The notes beneath the pieces were generated by a model. That model was not told the DNA's origin. It was given only the letters and a program-made list of their open reading frames with translations, and did not search any database. Shown here one piece after another: positions 20,043-31,500 of a DNA stretch of 53,586 nucleotides (position 1 is its first letter; each line of letters starts with the position of its first letter). The position numbers were made by a program, and so were the translations under genes. The DNA comes from Rhizaria sp. SCN 62-66 (Eukaryota), in the NCBI GenBank assembly GCA_001724265.1, contig MEDY01000304.1:1-53586 (forward strand), read 5' to 3'.

Positions 20043-21366
20043 GTCGTTTGTCTCTCAATATCTCCGATGCAAGAACAAACGGCTCGTGGAGCAGCTCTGC
20101 TGCGAAACGGCCTGCGGTCGCGCCGTCCGTCGCGCGTGACCGCTGGTTGAGGGAAGGAGGTGTGTGTATGTGTGTGTACAACAACATTTGTGTGTCCGCG
20201 CTCGCTCACAAGGGCGAAACGCGGCGCGCTGACGCGGCTGGCGGCTGTCAAAAGGCGCTGGCTCGCGTGTAATCAGTTTTATTATATCCTCATAGTAATA
20301 CAAGATGAAGCCTGATCATCATTCACACCTAAAACTAGATTTTATTAATTGAAATGTCTCGATTTATCCCTGAAATACGCACTTTGATGTTAAAATTAAC
20401 TCGCACACTCTCTCTACGGCTCGGCGCGCAAACAAGTCCGACGAGATGATATGCGAGATATATTCACTGCTGCTCGTGCATTCGGTGAGATAAAAGTTTT
20501 ACTTTGTATTAGTAACGCTATTATTGAAATTGAAATGTACAATGGGGTTTCGGGTGCTTTCGATTGCTGTGTAACAGTGTGAGGAGCTCAACACAAAACC
20601 CATCGGTCACGTCAGTCATGCTGTCGCGGCCTGAGCAAGCCTTCGTCCCCGTCTGAGTCGGCTGAGACTGAAGGACTCGTGCAGGGGCGACTGCGTGACC
20701 GCGCGACTGACCGCCAGTCGGTCACAGCAACAAGAGCTGTGGCGGACAGGGCGGGGGCTGTGGCGGGCGCGTCGAGGGCTCCGCAAGTCGGTCACTGCAG
20801 CAGATGCTGCGCCAGTTTGTGAGAGAAAGGAGACGTGTCGTGTTGAGGCTGGCATTGAAAATAACAAGCACAAAAAACTGACGATAAAAAAAACACAATT
20901 GACAGTAGAGAACGGATAATTACGTTTGTACTTGTCAGAGTACCAAACAGCAAAACAAAAAAAAAAACAAGTCAGAGGCAAAACACAGAAAACAAAAACA
21001 GGTCACGTGGCCATTCCTATGAAAACTGTTCCTACAACCAGGATGAATAATCATTAAATAGAGAAGGATTGTGGGAATCACGACGCGTATAATACAACAC
21101 AGGTCCGTAATAGCGGAGACCGTGAAGAAGTGTGAAAGGGAAGGGGCTCGTGAGTGAGTGCGCTCGCATGTTGCCGGCACTGCAGACACTGCAGTCGGCG
21201 GCGAGCTGGTCTCCGAGCAATGTCGTCGTCGTCAATCGCAAGTCGGCGATAGAAACTCTCTTCACTATTATAAAGCGCGCATTGCAGCACTTCAGAAGTA
21301 ACTCACTGCACAGCAGGGCAGCACAGTTGTGCGTTGAATTGCACCGCAGTGCCCCGCAGCGCAAGC

Positions 21367-21616
21367 TCAACCCTGGGGAAGCTGCGGCTGCTGCGGCTGC
21401 GGCTGCGCGTTGCCACCGGCGCCTGCATTGGCGTTGGCGAGCGCAAGGCCTGCGAGTTCTGCCTCGAGGCGCGCCTGCTCCTGCTCCTGCTGCCGCTGCA
21501 GCGCCTGCAGCCGAGCCAGCGTGTCTTGTTGCGCCCTGATCTCAGCCTCCAGCTCTTCCCCAGTGCCCGTGCCAGCGCCAGCGCCAGCGGCGGCGGCGGC
21601 GGCGGCGTCTGCGGTG

Positions 21617-21691
<75 letters not shown>

Positions 21692-24420
21692 AGTTGCAGT
21701 TGTTGATGCTGCTGAAGCTGGAGCTGTTGCTGCTGCTGCTGGAGCAAGAGCTGGTACTGCTGTTGCTGTTGCAGCTGCAGCTGGTACTGCTGCATCTGCT
21801 GCTGCTGCTCGGGCGTCGCCGCGGCTGCAAACAGCTGCTGCAGCTGCTGCTCCTGGCCCTGCTGGCCTTGCTGCGCCTGCGCCTGCGCCTGCGCCTGCTG
21901 CTGCAGCTGGAGCTGGTACTGCAGCAGCTGCAGCTGCTGCAGCTGGTGCTGCTGCTGCAACAGCAGCTGCTGCTGTTGCGCCGCGGCAAGCTGCTGCTGC
22001 GCCGCCGCGGCCGCAGCCGCGTCCGCAGCCGCATCGACCGGCGCATCAGCCGCCGCACCAGAGCCCTGGGCAGCCTGGGCTTGAGCCTGGGCCTGCGCCT
22101 GGGCCTGGGCCAGAATGGCGGCCTGCTGCTGGGCCTGCGCCTGCTGCTGTTGCTGCAGCAGCTGCAACTGGAGCTGCAGCTGCAGCTGTTGTTGCTGCTG
22201 GGCCTGCGCCTGTGCTGCCGCCTGCTGTTGCTGCTGCTCGTGCGCCTGTTGTAGCTGCAGCTGCAACTGCTGCTGCTGTTGCTGCTGCTGTTGCTGCTCA
22301 TCGGTCGCGGCCGCAGCTGTCGCGCCCGCGCCCGGTGCACCAGCGGCGGAGCCGGCGGCCGCGGCCGCGGGCGCGAGCGGCACGGGCACGCCGTCGACCA
22401 TAAAGAGCACCGGCAGCGGCCCAGGGGCGGCCGCGGCGGCGCCGCCAGTCTCGGCGGCAGCGCCAGCAGCGCCAGCACCGGCGACAGAGCCATCAGCCTG
22501 CTGTTGTTGCTGCTGCGGGCCTTCCGCAGCGCCTGACGCGGCGTCCTGTTGCTGCAGCTGCTGTTGTTGCTGTTGCAGCTGTTGCTGCTGCTGCTGCTGC
22601 TGGATGGAGAGCCTGAAGTCGGTGAGCAGCACGCCAGCGACGTCGAGGAAGCTGAGCACGTGCCCGGCGGCGCGGCGCAGGTCGATGACGAGGTGCCCGC
22701 GCGGGGTCCGGAAGAGCGAGATGGCCACCTTGAGCCCCGCGCCCGCGGCGTAGGCCTGCTTGGCGCGCTCGCGGGCCGCCTCGGAGGGCGCGCGCTCCAC
22801 GGCCGGGAAGCGCGCCTTGAAGCGCCAGGCTGAGAGCTGACGCCACTCGAAGCCATGGCGGCGCAGCACGGCCAGCAGACACGTCAGCACCAAGTACGGC
22901 TCCTGCGCAGACCAGTGCCCCACGAACCACCGCCCCGCCGTGCTACCGCCGCCGCCGGCCGCCGCGTCGGCTGTTGCGGCTGTGGCGCTGGCCGCGGAGG
23001 CGGAGAGGCTGGGAACGAGCGAGGAGGGCGCGATGGGCGCGGCGGGGCCCGGCGCGGGCAGTGCAAGCGCGGCGAGCGCGGCCGCTGCGGACACGCGCTG
23101 GCCCAGCAGCTGCGCCGCGGCGCGCTCCTTGGCCGCCCGCAGCTTGTCCTTGCCAGTCGCGGCAGCAGGCGCAGCGGCAGGCGCAGCGACACCGCCGCCG
23201 TGGTCGTCACCCTTGTTGTCGTCGAGGTCGGCGGGGACCGCGGTCACGGCGGCGGCCGCGGCCTCCGTGATGAGCAGGTCGAGGCAGCGGTCGAGCCCGT
23301 CTGCGAAGACGCCCGGGCCCAGCTCGGCGGCCCGCCGCCGCGCCGCCGCCGCGCGCAGCGTCTCCCCGTCGGGGTCCGAGCCCAGCGCGCGCTGCTCGGC
23401 GATGCGCTCGTCGTCGGCCAGCAGCGCGTAGACAACGGCGTAGCGGCGCTCCTTGGTCAGGTGCGCGAGCTTGCGCGAGGTCGGCAGCTCAGGGCCCAGG
23501 CGCAGCGCGGCCAGCACTGCCTCGGGCGGGTAGCCCAGCTCGCGCCGCATCAGCTCCACCGTCGGCACATGCAGCTCGCGCGCGCGCGTGCTCAGCTGCG
23601 CGGGCGTCAGCGAGAGGTACACGGGCATGTTCTTGCGCGCCCAAGGGTGGAGTTGAACCTGCTCCATCGTCGCGCGCCGCGACGGGTCCGCGTCAAGCAT
23701 GCGCCGGATGAGGTCCGCCGCACCCGCGGGCACAAACGAGGGGATCTCGTACGAGGCCGACTTGATCTTGCGGAAGAGTGAGCGGATGTTCTCGTCATCG
23801 AAGGGCAGCGAGCCGCAGAGGCAGGCGTAGAGGATGACTCCGCAGGACCACACGTCGACCTCGGGCCCCGCGTAGAGGTGCCCCGAGATTACCTCGGGCG
23901 CCGCGTAGTTGGGCGAGCCGCACGAGGTCTTGAGGAAGAGTCCCTCGCGCATGACGTTGGAGAGCCCAAAGTCGGCGAGCTTGATGTGATTGTCGGCGTC
24001 GAGCAGCAGGTTCTCGGGTTTCAGGTCGCGGTGCACGACCAGGTGCGAGTGGCAGTAGGCGACGGCCGAAACCATTTCCTGGAAGAGTAGTCGCGCCTCG
24101 GCCTCGGGCAGCCGACCCTTGGAGACAATGTAGTCGAAGAGCTCGCCGCCGGGTACGTACTCCATGATGGTGAAGATGTCGGTGGGCGTGTCGATAACCT
24201 CGTAGATGCGGATGATGTGCGGGTGGTCGAACAGACGCAGGATGTGGATCTCAGTGCGCACCTTCTCGCCCATCTCCAGCTTGCGCAGCTTCTTCCTGTT
24301 CAGGATCTTAACGGCGACCTTCTTGCCCGTGACCTGGTGGTAGCCCAGGCGCACCTTGCAGAAGGTACCCGAGCCGATATGCCGGCCTAGCTTGTACTGG
24401 CCCACACGCTACAAGTTCAT
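21367..24420 (-). CDS. SNF1: SNF1/AMPK catalytic alpha subunit with polyQ tail; putative start ATG 24420 followed by in-frame TAG at codon 4
   Basis: Kinase motifs VAVK, HPHIIRIYEVIDTPTDIF, HRDLKPEN, DFG and KTSCGSPNYAAPEVISG. A KA1/CTD-like region follows (WFVG...LKVAISLFR...IDLRRAAG..LSFLD). The exact start is uncertain. Confidence 0.93.
21619..21690 (-). repeat. (CAG)~24 coding trinucleotide repeat (polyQ) in the SNF1 tail
   Basis: Uninterrupted ctg run on the + strand. Confidence 0.9.
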
Positions 24421-25409
24421 TGGTCAGGTCAGCTTCGAGAAGTCGGGGCTGTGTGTGTGTATGTGTGCGTGTAAGGGCAGATGCAACGCTGCGGCAAGTG
24501 TCGCTGTTGTTGTTGTTGGTGGTGGTGGTGGTGGTGGTTGCAACTCTAGGAGATTGTGGCGGCGCGCGGGCGGGCGGGCGCAGCGGTGTCTGCCGAGGAC
24601 TGGGGCTCGGCAGACGGGCTGAGAAGCGGGCGGGCGGGACGGCGGCGGCGGCGGGGGAGCGCCGAGAGCGGCCTGCGGCGGGCTGACTGCGGGACGGGCT
24701 CCGGCGCGGCGCGACGGGGACTCCAACTCCACTGGCGGGCTGAGCTGGGCTGCCACAATCGAGCGGACGGAAGCCTGTGGGGAAGCGAAGAGAAAGGCCG
24801 CTGAGACCTAAAACCAAGTGAAATCGAAATAAATGTTGGTAAGAAAGCAATAAAAACGTGTTGTGAGCGAAAGCAGACTGGAGCAGACGCGCTAACAAGG
24901 GTCAAAGTGAGTCGGGGAGACAGAGGGGGAACGGCTCACTGAGCAGGGATGGGTTCCGCCCGGAGGTCAAGCCGGCCGACAAATGAAACAGGGAAAATTA
25001 CAAAATGTAAAAATCGCGGTATATAGCGGTAGATACCCTGTCAAATTGAAGCTTGAAATCCACACGACCCACATATCGCAATTGCTTTCACCCCTTTGTC
25101 GCCCCCACCCTCCCCCGATTTTTTCGACCGAAGGTCCGACTGGCGACGCAGTCGGTGATTCTAGTTCGTAACATCCGGTCGGGCGTTTCGAGTGCGGCGC
25201 ACACATTGTCGCAACCAATTCAAAAATGACGAGGGCATTCAAGTATGTCTTTGTATTTTAAACATATCATAGGGATTATTACTACACCTGGCCCTATCAG
25301 GCCTGAGCAAGCGCAACTCAGGATGGTGAACAAACGCCCTTCTCTTCCCCTCAGTCTCTCGTCTCAACCTCTCTCTGTCTCCATGTCTCTCAGTCTCTCT
25401 CTCCGGCGA

Positions 25410-26461
25410 TCAGAAGACGGCGAGGAGCGCAAAGCAGGAGTATAGCAGCGCGACGGGGTAGGCGATGAGGTAGCGCTGCTCGCGCATGCCGAGCGAGGCC
25501 TCGAAGCAGCGCGTGGCCGTGGCCGTGGCCCAGCCCACCGCGGCGAGCGCAACCGCGTGGCCCAGTGAGCCCTTGAGCGAGACGGCCACGGCCAGCCCGG
25601 CCAGCGCGACGATGGGCGCGAGGCAGTAGCCCAGCACGTGCATCGTCTGGTCCAGCGTGAGCGCGGCGTCGCACATGAGGTTGAGCATAAGCCACAGCAG
25701 CGCGCAGCCGGTGATGCCGAAGCCGTAGATGTAGCCAAAGTGCACCTTGCCCGCCAGCAGCAGGAACGTGCCCAGCAGCAGGCAGAACACCAGCGGGCCC
25801 GCCAGGTCGGCGCCACCGCCGCCAGGACCGGTGCTGCCGTCTTGCTGCTGCTGCTGCTGGGGGTCCGCGTTGGCGGAGCCCGGGAGCGGCTCGGCGGGGA
25901 GCACAGTGAAGGTGCTCTTGCCCGCGGCGGCGGCCGAGAGCCGGAAGGGCAGCAGCATGGCCACGGTCTTGAGCGCGATCTCCCGGAAGTCGATGCCCAG
26001 CTCTTCGAGTAGAGGGATGTCGTCCTCGTCCACGACCGCCGCGGCGGCCTTGCCGGTGGCGCCGCTGCTGCCGAAGTTGCTGTTGCTGTTGTTGATGCTG
26101 CCGGTGGTGCTGGCGAGGCTGCCGGGACCCAGTCTGCCACCCGCCAGCTGCTGCTGCATTGGCTGCATCTGCTGGCCCATCTGGCCCATGATGCCCATGT
26201 TGCCCATGTGGCCCAGGTCATCGAGCTCCAAGCCCATGCCACCGCCCATACCACCGCCCATGCTGCCAGTCATGCCGCCCACGCCGCCGCCCATGCCGCC
26301 GAAGCTGGGGCCGGACACGCCGAGTCTGCTGCTCATGTTGCTGCTCATGCTCTGTAGCTGTTGCTGTTGCTGTTGTTGCTGAGAGTAGTCAGGCGCAGAC
26401 ACGGACGCGGGAGCGGCGGGAAACGCCGGAAAGGCGGGCACGGCCGAAGCAGCGGCAGCAA

Positions 26462-26530
<69 letters not shown>

Positions 26531-27047
26531 AAGTGGGGGCAGGAGCCGCCACGGCGGCGGTGGTGGCGGGGACCGACGGCATGAAGGTGGACGTGGGGAA
26601 CGTGCGGGATGTGCTGAAGGGCGTCGCTGCAGCTGCAGCCGGGGCGGGGGCTGCGGGAGCCGCGGAGGGTGTGGGTGCCGCGGCAGGGACGCGGCCGAAA
26701 GGGTTGGCCGGGGCGGAAAAGGCGGGGACCTGGGGCGCGGTGGGGAAGGCAGGCAGGGTGGGCGCCGACACAGGCGCGGGCGCGGAAAAGGCAGGAAACG
26801 CGGGGAACGGAGCAGGAGCAGCTGCGGGAGGAGCGCTGAAAGGTGCAGGCGCAGAGAACACAGGGAAAGAAGGAGCTGCGGGAGCAGCAGCGGGCACGGA
26901 AGGGAAGGTAGGCGCAGCAGGAAACGCGGGCTTGGTGTGGCTCGCGAACGGGTTGTCGGAAGCACCATAGCCCATGCTGGCATCTGCACCCATGTCAGGG
27001 ATGGAAAACCCAAAGTCGTCGTCTCCAAACGGTTGAGGAGCACTCAT
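25410..27047 (-). CDS. YIP1: Yip1-family ER-Golgi membrane protein (YIPF5/7-like) with long Pro/Ala/Phe-rich N-terminus
   Basis: DEDDIPLLEELGIDF, DLAGPLVFCLLLG, GKVHFGYIYG, VLGYCLAP and QRYLIAYPVALLY motifs. ATG at 27047 (MSAPQPF). Confidence 0.93.
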
Positions 27048-27379
27048 GACTGCAATAGGATATCGCACAAAGAGATTGAAAAGAAAGTCACGTTAGCCGA
27101 ACACGTCAGCAAAGCGACCGATCGCGAGGCAGTGAAATGATCCCACAAGCAAAATTGGTAAGAATTAAATTCTAATCTGATATTCACAAATTAAACGTCA
27201 GGCATAATACATTTGCCTCATAGCCAACCAACGACGTCTAGATAGAGAGATCCTGTGTCAAAGTTGGACCTTGAGTCCTGGGGACAGATTTTGCTCGAGC
27301 TCAACGGACAGGGTGACAATCTTTTCGATAAATCGCTTTGTTGTTTTGTGTCATGATGCTATTAACGTAAATTCTTTGC

Positions 27380-27960
27380 GCATTAAAGCTGCGTTAATGT
27401 ATTTTAAAGCTGCGTTAATGTATTTTAACTAGTATACTTTCCGAAACATGTCAAAACAATGACAGACGTTAAAAAAATGTATTTCCAAGTGCTACATTAA
27501 GCTAAAAGTAGGTTATTTAATAATTTAAACAAAAGAAAATATTATACATACATTTATAAAAAAGATATGATTTTTTTTGTTATTATTTTTTGCTCATTGA
27601 CTTTGTATTTTCAAAAATAACCTTTATTTACAAAAGAAATGCTAAATATATATTTGTTTACTTTATTACTATTATGAAGCGTTTTTTCTTTTCTGTCTTA
27701 GGAAAAGAATCCTTCGGGTAAATACTACAAACAAAACAGGCGGCAACTACAAGAGCTCACTAAATCAAAAGCCTAAATAAAATAATACTTTATTAATTAC
27801 TATTTGTTTAACACTTTTTACAACACCATTTATACGAAGGCCTTTCATTATTTTTTAAAATTGTTTCTATTTACAAAAGAAACATTACTGGTTTAATATA
27901 TCATTTTAACTTTTTAAAATATTTTTAATGCGTATAATACAGGTTTTACTTATATTTGTC
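27380..27960. other. Extremely AT-rich island (possible organellar insertion)
   Basis: Long A/T homopolymer runs. By eye far lower in GC than any other spacer in the window. Confidence 0.6.
27383..27428. repeat. 21-bp perfect tandem duplication (TTAAAGCTGCGTTAATGTATT x2.2)
   Basis: Seen directly at the left edge of the AT-rich island. Confidence 0.9.
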
Positions 27961-28536
27961 TACACTTTTCGGTTGACTTGCAAATGCACAGAATATTCAC
28001 CTCAGACAGCCGTATGTCTGTAAATTTCAAAGCAACTCCGACGACGATAAAATGTGAATTCAAAACAATAGTGCGCGGTCGGCAGAACAGTAGCGATGTT
28101 GCTGCGAGTTGGCGGAATGGATACAGATTGTATTAAAAGAGAGAGTGGTGGGTTGAATGAAGTGCATTAAGTTATTCCAGTATCACGGGGCAGTGTAATA
28201 TAATGAGTAACTGTACACTTCTTCGGACAGACAGCCAGTCGCTCAAGGTCACGCGAGAATTGCACAACACAGATTGGTATGCTACGTTTCGTACTTAACG
28301 TAATGCAACAACATACACAGAAACACAGGATGATAAGCGAGAGTTGGGATAATAGTCATAATAAGAAGACAATTAAGAAAAGCACTGGGATTCATCGGAC
28401 TTTCAAAAGACGGTCTACTCTTAAGGGATTAAAATGATCGTGATAATTTGGTTGATTGGACTAAGTAAACAATGTTGTTGATTTGTCGAGGGAAGACAAA
28501 TCGAGGGAATTACAATCACACACAGGTAGAGGTCAT

Positions 28537-31500
28537 TCAGTCGGCTTGCTGATCGAACAGTGACATGAGCCCAGCACCGCCCGCCTTGCGTAGCGGCAGA
28601 GTGCTCACCGGTTTGTTTTCGATCGAGGTCGGGCTCTTAGGCTGCAGATGCTGGGCCATCGCGGCGATGGACGCTGCCGCGCTCGAGCCGGCCAGCACAC
28701 GCACAGAAGGAGCGACGGTGCCGTCGCTCGCGACCACTTGCTGCTGCTGCAACAACTGCTGCTGCAGCGCTAGAGCTGACGTGAGCGTCGATGCCGAGAC
28801 AGCCGGGCCCACGTGCACCATTGCACCGTCCTCCACAACCGCAGCAACGGGATTGGTGAACATCGTGCGGTTGCTATTGACGGGCGAGTGAATCGGCGAG
28901 AGGCAGCTCAGCGGGTGGCCGCGGCGAGACTTGAGGTTGTAGGCGCTCTTGCCCGACTGCGCGTCCAGATTGACAATGAGAACAGTGATGTTGTCGGTGG
29001 AGCCCAGCCGGATCGCGCGCAGCGCCAGCTGCTCCGCGAGCCAGCTCCAGTCCGTCTCGTTCGGGTCGTCCCCGACCGACGCCGTCGACGACGACGACGC
29101 GGCACCAGCGCCAGCGCTCGTCCCAGCCACATCACTGTCTTTGCTGATTTGCGCAGCAGCGTTGCCGACAGCGGCGGCGGTGACGGCGTCCAGGTCCTCC
29201 AGCTCGATGCCCGTGCCTGCCTCGGAGTCTGAGCTCGAGCTCGAGTCCAGCACCAGCGACGAGAACCGGCCTCCGGGCGTCGTGCTTTGGCCCAGCTGCC
29301 CCGGCTGCGCCGTCGCTGCAACGCTGGTCGTCGCGGCCACGGTTTGGCGGCGCACCCTGGCCTTGCCGACGCCGGGCCTGCCGCTGCCCAGCGTCGTCCA
29401 CGAGCTCGCCTCGGCTGCTGCGGCGGCGGCCTCTGCCTCCGCGGCCTCTGCCTCGGCGTCGAGCGCCATGTCGCTGGCGGCGACCGAGGCCGCGACCGAG
29501 GCGGCGTCGTCGCCCGCGGCGGCGGTGAGCGCGTCGGGGACGCCGTAGAGGCGCGTGAAGCGCTCCTTGCCGATGCGGAGCAGGCGCAGCGCGTAGTCGC
29601 AGGCCTCCTGGTGGCTCATGACGTCCCAGAGCCCGTCGCAGGCGAGGATGAGGAACTGGTCCTCGTCCTCGAGCGCGACGACCTGCGTGTCGGGCACGGC
29701 AATGAGTCCGCTGGGCGCGCCGCCGGTGAACTCGGCGTCCTTGTACAGCACGTCACCCAGCGCGCGCGTGACGGCGATGGAGAAGCACGACGGCGTGTAG
29801 CGCGGGTGGCCCAGGCGGCCCTTGTAGGTCCGCGCGCCGCAGGCCTCGAGGCGCGCGCGCTCGGCGGGGTTGCGCAGCGTGTGCGGCACCGAGAGCGCGA
29901 CCGCACGGCCGGCGCGACACAGCACGCCCTCGCTGTCGCCAATGTTGCTCACGATGAGGTGGTTGTCGTGCAGCAGCGCGACCAGCGCCGTGGTGCCGCC
30001 GTCCAGGTCCAGCGCGCGCGCTAGCCCACACCACTCGCGCTCGAGCGTGGCGAAGGACTCGTGCAGCGCCGACACGACGTCCGAATTAAACGCGGGGTGC
30101 TTGAACAGGTAGTGCGCGATGCGGTCCGACACGTAGTCGGCGCACTCCGTCCCGCCGTGCCCGTCGCACACGCAGAAGAAGCCAGAGAGGTTGACCGCGC
30201 CGCCCGCGGTGCCCGACGCCGCGCCCGACGCGGCCGTCGCCGCGCCCGACGCGGCCGTCGCCGCTGCCGAGCCCGTGGCGGCGGTGCTAGTGGGCGAGGG
30301 CAGCGATGGCACGCCCGACGCAACGCTGCACGCGTCGCAGTTGAGCCCCAGCCCTGGCTGACCGAGGCCGTGGGCCTGCAAGCGCGCGTGCGCGTGGAGC
30401 GGGCAGGGCGCAGGACTGGGGCTGGGGCTGGCGCCGGGCAGCGGGCTCGCGCCGACGGTGACGCTGCTATTGTTCATGCCGCTGGCGCCGCCCATGCCGC
30501 TGGCGCCGCCCGCGCCGGCAAAGGCGAGCGCCGAGGGCGAGCGCGTCGACTGCGCCGACTGCAGCGCGGGCGACGCCGCGGCCTCGGCACCGTCGGCCAG
30601 CGACGCACTGGCGCTCGCCGCCGTCCCTGCGGGCGCCAGTGCCTGCGAGAAGGACGCCGCGCTGGGCGGCAGCCGGCCGAGGCCCGCGCCGCCCTGGCTC
30701 GAGCCGCCAACAGCAGCAGCGGAGGCTGCAGCGGCCGCGGCAGCAGCGGCAGCAGCGGCAGCGGCGGCTGATGAGCCGCCAACCACGCTGTTGCGCGCCG
30801 ACGCGTGCCTATAGCGCCCGTGTCCGTGGCCCGCGCCGCCGCCGCCGCCGCCGCTGCCCGCGATGGCGAGCGCGCGGGCGAAGGTGCGCGGCGTGGCCAG
30901 GATGGGCGCGTCCACGTCCACCTCGCCTGCGGTGCTCAGGCCAGCGCTCAGGCCAAAGCTCGCAGCAGCGCCGGCAGGAGTGCTCGCACCGGCGGCGGCG
31001 CCAGCGGAGGCGGTGACGCCCGTGAGCGGCGTGGGGGCGCGCGGCGGCGGCAGCAACGCGTGCGACTGCGAGAAGCTGGAGTTGGCGCTGTTAGCCGCAG
31101 TCGAGGACGCCGACACACTACTGTTGGCGTTGGCATTGCTGCTGTTGCTGTTAAAACCGCCGAAGTTGCAGACGCCGCTGAAGCTCTTGCGGCCGCGCGA
31201 GCCCGCCGCGGCGGCGGCCGCTGCGGCTGCAGCCGCCACGGCCGAGGCCGGCGCGGGCGCGGGCGCGGGCGCAGGGGAGGGCGAGGCAGAGCCTGCCGCA
31301 GAGGCGAGCGTCGAGGTCGAGCCCGAGGCGGAGGCCGAGGCGCCGAAGGTCGGGTACGGCAGCGGCGACGGCGACGGCGAGGGCGCCATGAAGACCTGCT
31401 GCAGCGCGCTCTGCAGCAACGCGCTCTTCTGCGGCTGTTGCGACTTGTTCTGCGCCTGTGTCTGCGTCAGCGCCTGCGCTTGCGCTTGGGCGCGGAGCCC

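Noticed and set aside
21334-22254. Poly-Leu and poly-Cys ORFs opposite SNF1 (and similar long antisense ORFs across the window)
   Set aside because: By-products of CAG/GCN repeats and stop-codon scarcity in GC-rich coding DNA.
27753-27848. Minus-strand mini-ORF MKGLRINGVVKSVKQ as an organellar ribosomal protein fragment
   Set aside because: Too short and not assignable to a family by eye.
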